From the NCBI RefSeq assembly GCF_009914755.1, contig NC_060931.1: a stretch of 64,000 nucleotides of DNA. One strand, given 5' to 3'. This DNA comes from the human T2T-CHM13v2.0 reference genome, Homo sapiens. The position numbers were made by a program, and so were the translations under genes. Shown piece by piece: positions 55,678-64,000 of the stretch. Each line of letters begins with the position of its first letter. Position 1 is the stretch's first letter. The notes beneath the pieces were generated by a model. It was not told the origin of the DNA. It made no database searches and worked only from the letters and a program-made list of their open reading frames with translations.

Positions 55678-56104
55678 TGTTGGGGTGATCAGACCCAACA
55701 CCAGGTCGTGGGGGTGACAAAGTCTAGTGGAGTCAAAGGATTGAGAAAAAGACAGTTTGAAAAAGAAAAGTGGGACCAGGGGGCCATTGCGATTGTGGAG
55801 GCTGTGAAGGCCCTGAGCTCTGGGAGCCTACACTATTTATTGGTAATCCAACAGAGAAACAAGTGATGAGAATGTGGAGGTCAAAAGGGCAGGCACATGA
55901 TCTACAGCTGTGATGGTTTAGCATTTATAAGGAACATGTTCTGCTACTTGAGATAATGGAGAGCAGGTTCTTTTAACCCAAGATACAATTGATCCTGGGA
56001 GAGCAAGGAACAAGGAGCTAGCAAGTCTAGACACATTCAGAGGACATGTCAGACATACAAGCCCTGCCTCAGTATTTTTCCCAACACTCAGCTTTTTCCC
56101 AACA
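55678..56104 (-). repeat. 5' LTR (LTR14 family-like)
   Basis: - strand starts TGTTGGGAAAAAGCTGAGTGTTGGGAAAAATACTGAGG; followed by PBS. Confidence 0.93.
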
Positions 56105-56720
56105 GAAGGCCATGGATCAATGGAACAATGATCTATATATGGCACAGGCTTGACATTTCTCATGTTTTTAAGGGGCAGCAATTCTCATTGCTAAGTAACC
56201 TGTAATTGTGCTCATTGGCTTTTTCTACCATTTTCTGTTGAAAATAAGGCAAATACTTCCACCTTAGGAAAGTGGTGAAACAGCTAGGTTAAATAGATTT
56301 TCTAAGTTGAAACAGTGTCTTAATGGCTTCAATATTTGGGAAATGCTCTGTTAAATAGTTGTAATTAATATAAGACTTCCCAGAGTCTTTGAGATGTCAA
56401 TGTGAACATCAAAGATGCTTTAAGAAGGGATTAGGGCATGCAACATTTCCTAAACTTATTTGATCAAGAATTTCTTTTCTTTTTATTTAATCCTCAGGAT
56501 CTCCTGTGGACCTGACCTAGTGGAGAAATACAAAGCTTTTATTTCCATTAGCCAGTAGCAGGTGAGGAGTCAGGACTAATATTCCTGCCTGAGTCAGCTG
56601 AGATTACACATTTAATAAACACTTATGGTGCAATGACAATATAGTTTTCAATAAAACTCTGTTCTTAATAAAACCATAATTATTCACGAGTTTGTGATTA
56701 CTAACATTTATATAGATTTT

Positions 56721-57152
56721 TTTAAATGTAATTTAATTTAAAGTTCTAGAATACAAGTGCAGGACGTGTAGGTTAGTTACATAGGTAAATGTGTGCCATG
56801 GTGGCTTCCTGCACCTATCAACCCATTACCTAGGCATTAAGCCCAACAAATATTAGCTATTTACCCTGAAGCTCTCCCTCCCTCCACCCTCACAACAAGC
56901 CCCAGTGTGTGTTGTTCCTCTCCCTGTGTTTATGCATTCTCACTGTACAGCTCCCACTTGTAAGTGAAAAAACACAGTGTTTGGTTTTCTGTTCCTGTGT
57001 TAGTTTGCTGAGGATAATGGCTTCCAGTTCCATCTGTGTCTCTGCAAAGGATGTGATCTAATTCTTTTTTATGGCTGCATAGTATTCCATGGTATATATG
57101 TGCCACATTTTCTTTATCCAGTCTATCATTGATGGGCATTTGAGTTGATTCT
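56721..57152 (-). mobile_element. 5'-truncated L1PA 3' end
   Basis: Antisense L1PA 3' UTR; TSD TA(T/C)ATAGATTTT. Confidence 0.9.
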
Positions 57153-57359
57153 ACATAGATTTTAAAATAGATCTCATTCAGAGAGGGTTACAATGAATTG
57201 AAGAAACTCAAGACACAAAATGACCATCTTTCTGATTCACATTGATTCTGGATTATAAGCTTTTGCAAAAATCTTAGACATTTGTTCCTGCTGTGATCAA
57301 GATGCCTTATAAGGGCTTGATGACAGGTATAAAGGTGTGTTTAAAAGAGAAGAAGGAGT

Positions 57360-57490
57360 ACCAGGTGTGGTAGCATGTACCCAGCTCTTTAACTAGTTTC
57401 AGCTACTTGGGAGGCTGAGGTGGGAGGAATTCTTGAGCCCAGGAGTTCGAGGGCAACACAGCAAGACCCCATCTCTTAAAAAGAATAAAA
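57360..57490 (+). mobile_element. FLAM/old Alu monomer
   Basis: CCAGGTGTGGTAGCATG..CAGCTACTTGGGAGGCTGAGGTGGGAGG..TTGAGCCCAGGAGTTCGAG..GACCCCATCTCT + A tail. Confidence 0.8.
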
Positions 57491-58451
57491 GAGGGAGCTG
57501 AGTTATGAGTAAGAATGGAGGAACATGGCTGTGAGAATGGAAGGGAGGAGTTACACAAAGTGACAGATGAGAGATGATATCCCCTGCTGACGGTCAGGGC
57601 TGAGAATGAAGACTGAGTTAGACAGCTGTGTTGCTGTCCATTGACACAGAAGCCTTAACTGGTGGCAGTGTCTATTCTGCTCTGCTATTGAATCTCAAAA
57701 TTGAACCTACCTCTTTACTTCCACTGCCATTGCTCAAGTTCAGTCCAGGTTTCTATCAAAACTGCCTCTTATTTTCCTAACTGGAATCCCTGCCTTACAG
57801 TTTATTTTTTATTGCAGCATTTTCTCTTCCCTGATGCCATAACTACCTTCCAAAATGTAAACATAATGATGCTCTGGACATCCACACAAGCCTTTTGGAA
57901 AGGAGCCATAGTTATTGCAAAATGAGAGGAGACAAGGAGGGGGAAAAAGGAGTTGGCCAAGGCTCTGGTCATCAGGGCACACACTGTGGGCCAAGTGATG
58001 GGTAAAAGCAGAGCCTTTGTAGTGCAGCTTGCACTGTAGAGCAGGCAAATGTCCTTAGTTCTGTTTCTCTAGTACTCAAGATTGAAGGCAAACTGCTATG
58101 AGGAGTTGAGCCAGTCCTTCCTGTGTTGACTTGAGCCTCATCGACTGCAGACACTCACAGTATGAGGCACAGTGCATGTTCACTTGTCTATGCTCAATCA
58201 CACCACCAACTCACTTCCATTTCCTAATGTCATTTATTTCCATTAAGATTCTCTCCTTGTTTGGTGTCGCTGGGGCTTGGCGCAAGGCTTTTGAATTTCC
58301 TACTGAAAATCAAAGCTTACTGCTGTCAGATAAGATGAGAAGAGAGAACTGATGAAGAAAGAAAGAAAAAGGTACAAAAAAGTATTTATACTATACTTCC
58401 TGGTGAAAAATGGCAACAGGGGAGTTTCAAGCTAAAATTAAGAGTAAAGAG

Positions 58452-58863
<412 letters not shown>

Positions 58864-59332
58864 TTAATAACAGTAGGTGCCTCATAGAGAGGTTGCGAGA
58901 ATTAAGTATTTCATATACTTAGTTAATTAGTCAGTGTTAATTGACATTTTTTTTTGTCATTGATGATAGCCTGATCAACAGAAGTTAGGCTTGAAGTTAG
59001 AAATGTTAGAAGTTAAAAGAAATGAAGATTATTCCTTCATCTTTTTCTACATTGATTGACTTATTGAAAAATTGTTACCATTTTTTGAGCACCTATTTGA
59101 TTTTAGGGAGAATCCTTCAAAACAGAAGACACTGTTAAGAAGTGTAGAATCTGGAAGCTTAGAGAATACAGCTACTTTAAATCCTTTTTTGAAGTGAGAC
59201 ATAGACAATTTAAATATCAATTGGATAATCCATCAATAGATTAAAATTTCAGAGTGTTAGAGCTAAAAAAAGTACTTCACAGATCATTCACTCAAACCCT
59301 TTCATTTTCCAGATGCCCAAGCTGAGTTGCAT

Positions 59333-60060
59333 CATTCATTCATTCATTCATTCATCCTTCATTCATTTACAATGTTTATTGAGTGCCACCTGTTTGTCAG
59401 ATATGGTTACCTGACAGGTAGTTCCTGAGACACAGCAGTGAACAGAACGGAACTGATCCATGCTCTTTTGTAGCTTACGTTCTAGTGGAGAAGGCAGACA
59501 ACAAACAAATAAAATAGCAGTGGTAACATGTCCTAAGACAAAAATGAAACAAGGTGAGAGTAAAGAGGGGAAGCAGGCATATGTGTTAGTGCTTTGTGTG
59601 TATGCGTGCTGTATTAGTCTGTTCTCACACTGCTAATAAAGACATACCTGAGACTGGGTAATTTATGAAGGAAAGAGGTTTAATTGACTCACAGTTCCAC
59701 ATGGCTGGGGAGGCCTCACAATCATGGTGGAAGGTGAAGGAGGAGCAAAGTCATGTCTTACATGGCAGCAGGCAAAGAGAGCATGTGCAGGGGAACTCCC
59801 CTTTATAAAACCATCAGATCTCATGAGACTTATTCACTGTCATGAAAACAGCATGGGAAAAATCCACCTCCATGATTCAATTATCTCCCACTAGGTCCCT
59901 CCCATGACACCTGAGAATTATGGGAGCTACAATTCAAGATGAGATTTGGGTGAGGACACAGAGCCAAAACATATTATGTGCATATGCTGTTTTTAAAGAA
60001 TGTTCAGGGGAGGCCTCTTTGATCAGGGGATATTTAAGTAGGCACTTAAAGGATCTGAGT
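59333..60060 (-). mobile_element. L2 3' end with (CATT)n, split by THE1
   Basis: CATTCATTCATT..TGTTTATTGAGTGCC..AGCTTACGTTCTAGTGG. Confidence 0.7.
59610..59975 (-). mobile_element. THE1B/C LTR
   Basis: TGTATTAGTCTGTTCTCACACTGCTAATAAAGACATACCTGAGACTGGGTAA... Confidence 0.93.
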
Positions 60061-61509
60061 GCCAGATTTGCTTGTCCTGGAGCAAAGTAGCACTTTAAAG
60101 AAGATGCCTGTTCAGATGACTTGCCCAACCCTCTCCAGGATAAATTCACAAGAGATTTCGATATGAAGTGAGACAACAGAAGGACTATATCAGAGGAAAG
60201 GTGACACAAGTGCACTTTTGGCTATGGGTCATGATGGCTCTCAGAAGGTTACAGGAATCCTTTGTTGGAAACCCGGCAGGAAGTGAGGTAGAGTTAGGGC
60301 AGGGAGCAAAAAGATTAAAATGTGTGTCTTTATGTGGGCTTTTGATGCATATGAGCATGAGTTGATGTGAGGATATCTGAAACTGCTTTATCTACTGCAG
60401 AAATATTGTCATGAAATTTAAAGGAAAATTAAAGGAAAACAGGTGTAGGTTCTAGAGTATATTCTCACTGAGGCAGTAGCATAAAAATTTAAAAATCCCT
60501 GACAGCAGAACTGATAGATTGTTAGAAGGTTTAAGTTGGAATGTGAGAGAGGGCCCCCAGCCCTCATTCTTCATATTCTCTTTGTGGGGGTTAACTGTCA
60601 ACAAGAGAGCAATTTCAAAGACAAGCTGAGAATGAGGGTGTGTTGGTGTCATGCCACCAACATGAAGGTCATGAATGTAAATAAGGTAATAAAAATATCA
60701 ATGGAATGGTGCACTGTTGACAGGGAGTGTTCCAAAAACCAAACCAAACAAAAAACACATGGGATATTTGGAAGATCAACTCTTTAGACAGAAAATTCTA
60801 TTAGCAATTCTATGGGGAACAACTCCCTGTAGGTGAAATGTCTTAGAAGCAACAAATTCTTTTTGTTCATGGTTGAATAAAATGAGATAATAATGCAATA
60901 ATCTCCTAATTGAGAGAATATCCTGGAGATATCAACCATACCTAGAATGACCAGGAGAGGGTAGAAGACTTGATTGGGCTTGCCTAATTAAATATCTGGT
61001 TTGTTTCAAGAGGAAGAGTGAATTCACAAGACTAACTGTAACTTCAGGAAAAGTCTTAAAGAGTCCAGTGGAAACAGTTCTTAACCATAGAGTTTTAATG
61101 ACAGAGCCTGCCTTTAAAATTTGTTTTTGCATATTCTTTATGAATGACAAAAGCATAATACCCTATCAAAGATGCCTAAGATTTTTTAAGTGTGTTCTTA
61201 TCTATAAATAGATGAAAAATGGAACTTGAAAGTATTTGGGAAAAAATGGACACATGTTAATATTAGACTGTAGGTATAGGATATTTTCATATAGGTGTGC
61301 CCTTTTAGGATCTTCCTGAGAAGGAAGATACCAAGCTGAAAGTCCCTATCATTTAATTAATTAAGTGATGCTACAATGCTTGCGAGTTCACAGGAACTGG
61401 GCTGTGGATGCCTCTTGTCTAATTCAAAGTGGTAAAGCTTATATATATTAGAAATAATCTTCTACTGCAGCCATTTCATCATTCCCTCCCACTTTCATTC
61501 TCTTATTAC

Positions 61510-61882
61510 TGATACGGTTTGGCTGTGTCCCCACCCACATCTCATCTTGAATTATAGTTCCCATAATACTCACGTGTAGTGGGAGGGACCCCGTGGGAGG
61601 TAATTGAATCATAGGAGCGGTTACCTCCATGCTGCTGTTCTCATTATAGTGAGTTACTGCGAGATCTGTTGGCTTTATAAGGGGCTTTTCCCTGTTTGCT
61701 CAGCAGTTCTCCTTCCTGCCATCCTGTGAAGAAGGATGTGTTTGCTTTCCCTTACACCATGATTGTAAGTTTTCTGAGGCCTCCGTAGCCATGTGGAGCT
61801 GTGAGTCAATTAAACTTCTTTACTTTATAAATTACCCAGACTTGGGCAGTTCTTTATAGCAACATGAGAATGGACTAATACA
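61510..61882 (+). mobile_element. THE1C/D LTR
   Basis: TGATACGGTTTGGCTGTGTCCCCACCCA...GGACTAATACA; TSD AT(T/C)AC. Confidence 0.92.
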
Positions 61883-63059
61883 ATCACAATGCCAGGGACT
61901 CTATCAGGGCCAGTGTGCCACTGTGATCTTTGCCCTTAAATGGAAAATGTTTATTGTCAGATGTCTCCTCTTCCCTCCCTTTCAACAATTAATGCCACTG
62001 ACCTCAACGATGGCCTAGGGTACAGAACATTCTTCAGAATCGATGCTTCCCTTGATTTCCTCACCTCATATTTAGCACTTGAGTTCTCTAGCATAAATCA
62101 GAAGTATGACAAATTGTGGAAATCCTATATATCATCTAGAAGAAAGGAGAAATAGTTGAAGACAAAATGTAGTCGTTATCAGTAGGTATTCATCAATTAC
62201 TATATATATTGAATCTACAATAGCCACTGATTTTTAAGTGGTGTCATCATTTTATGTAAAACTAAAGGCAATGCTTCCTCATTACACCAAGACGCAATGT
62301 TTCTTACATCTTATAATTTTTATTTCACATTATTAAGAGACTATTTTAGACTTAGATTTTTCTTTTATCATTTATCATCTTTGTGCATGTATGCATCTTT
62401 GTGCATCTTCACTGTGTGCAAGTGAAATAAATTGTCTGTTATTGCAGGAAGATGTGGAATTATAATCATTCCTCCCATGAAGAATATTTGCTTCACTGTT
62501 ATTAGATTTATACTGTATTGCTCAGTATCCTTGCCTTTCTTCTTGTCTATCACATTTTATTTAATGCCGAGTAACAGTGCAAAATTTTAAGGAACACAAT
62601 GAGACTCATCATTTGTAGCACAAGCAGTGCAAATAACTAAAGTGACAACCGTATGAAGATCTATGACCAAGTTTGCACACGTGCAGGCAATTACAACTTC
62701 CTCACAACTGCTACCTGGGTGGCAATGTTTTAAGACACCAACAGTTAGAGAATGTATTTCAATTTCAGAAATATTTAAGATGTGGAGAAAATGGACATCC
62801 AGTTTTTAACAAAATATGGTAATTACAGAAATATAAGGTAACAAAGACCTGTAATACTTTCTAATGCTGTGGGACAATAGGGAAGAAATGTCGGTCAGAG
62901 AATAGCTGACTTTGACTTTAATCTCCTGATGAATATATCCCTAATTTCAAATGAACCCTGGCACAAAAGAGATGCTCAGTACCAACCTCTTCAGGTAATG
63001 AATGAGAAGCTAAGGTTGACTTTCTTCTCTGACGGAGAAGTTAAGTTTTCTTAAAAAAA

Positions 63060-63510
63060 TCATAGCTGATTCATAATAACATAAGTTAATTTTGACAAAA
63101 GAAAGATCACCAATGACCTCACAATCCTAATAGGATTACTTTTATTTTTTTATATTCATCTTAGTGTTCATCTATGTAAGTTTTTAGTGTTTCTAGTTGT
63201 AATCATAATGAATATAACATTTTTATACATTTACACTGAATATTATATCATAACAGTATAATTATAATTTTATGGCTGTGTAATATTCCATTGAATTATA
63301 CACAGTAATTTATTTAAAGATTCATTGTTATTATACATGTAAATTACTTCTGATGCTTTGCTATTTTAGTTAAAGCTATAAATAACATTATCGTGCATTT
63401 AGTTTTCCCTTCTGTTAAATTATATTCCTAGGAAACATTCCCAGGAGTGGAATTTTTGGTGACGGGGAATGATACATTTTTATGGCTCTTGGTATAAATT
63501 GCCATAAAAA
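63060..63510 (-). mobile_element. Old L1ME fragment
   Basis: TTTATGGCTG..TATTCCATTG..GCTATAAATAACAT..TTCCCAGGAGTGGAATT. Confidence 0.6.
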
Positions 63511-64000
63511 CAGGTTCTAATAAAATTCAGTGGCAATTTCTCCTTAAAGATTCTGAAGGACAGGGGACTATTAGCCACTTTATAATACTGCTTCATTTTC
63601 TAGGATGTATATGTCATTGGAGGCATGGCTTAAGAAGAGAGGAAAAAACAAATTGCTGTCGCTTGGTTACTACAGCGCTCCCCAATTTTCGTACAGCCTG
63701 GGTGCTGCAGTTCAGCTCTTTGCTCTGCTTTCTAGCTTTCTCAGCAATTTTGCAACTGAACATAAGGCTCTAAGGGGCTCTGAGTTAAGGGATATCGGTC
63801 ATTACTAGGTAGAACATGGAACAAAATTCTTTCTAAGTTTTTCAGAACTGGATAGTAAAAGGTAAGATTTGGTTAAGCAGGGTGGTTTGGTTACAATATA
63901 ATTTGCAGAGTCGCTCTATGGAATTACTCCCATTTACAGGGTGAAAATGATGATGCCTATTTTGCTAGATTCAAGATAACTTATATAGTCACAGTCTTTG

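Larger units (their letters stand above)
51832..56104 (-). mobile_element. HERV-K14I (HML-1)-like defective provirus carrying TRPC6 mRNA sequence
   Basis: Two TG...CA LTRs, 6-bp TSD GAAGGC (51826-51831; 56105-56110), Lys PBS, PPT, gag/dUTPase/pro/pol remnants. Confidence 0.9.

Overview
Repeat-rich, AT-rich catarrhine primate (very likely human) DNA, intronic or intergenic. I find no intact host protein-coding gene; nearly all listed ORFs come from Alu, L1, MaLR or simple repeats. The main object is a 4.27-kb minus-strand betaretroviral provirus (HERV-K14I/HML-1-like, 51832-56104) with two LTRs, a GAAGGC target-site duplication (TSD), a tRNA-Lys PBS and a PPT. It has lost most viral genes but carries a ~465-bp intronless piece of TRPC6 mRNA (S5 end, pore, S6, TRP box). 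This capture class is known from the literature. Less obvious features of this copy: (1) the 597-nt non-viral repeat block after the TRPC6 piece is bounded by GT...AG splice signals, and splicing it out would join the TRPC6 frame in frame to pol; (2) the block starts with a tandem array of GTAAGT donor motifs; (3) an 8-nt gap fits alternative-acceptor use in the captured mRNA; (4) substitutions cluster as A>G; (5) viral genes are scrambled, with two integrase C-termini; (6) the two LTRs differ structurally. Other contents: a rare SVA2, fossil hAT transposases (Blackjack-, Charlie- and Zaphod-like), a 5'-complete L1PA with an in-frame EN-to-RT deletion, twin-primed L1s, locally templated insertions, a MADE1 with amplified termini, and a perfect 32-bp inverted repeat. 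Repeat subfamily names come from recalled consensus sequences, and coordinates of old repeats are approximate.
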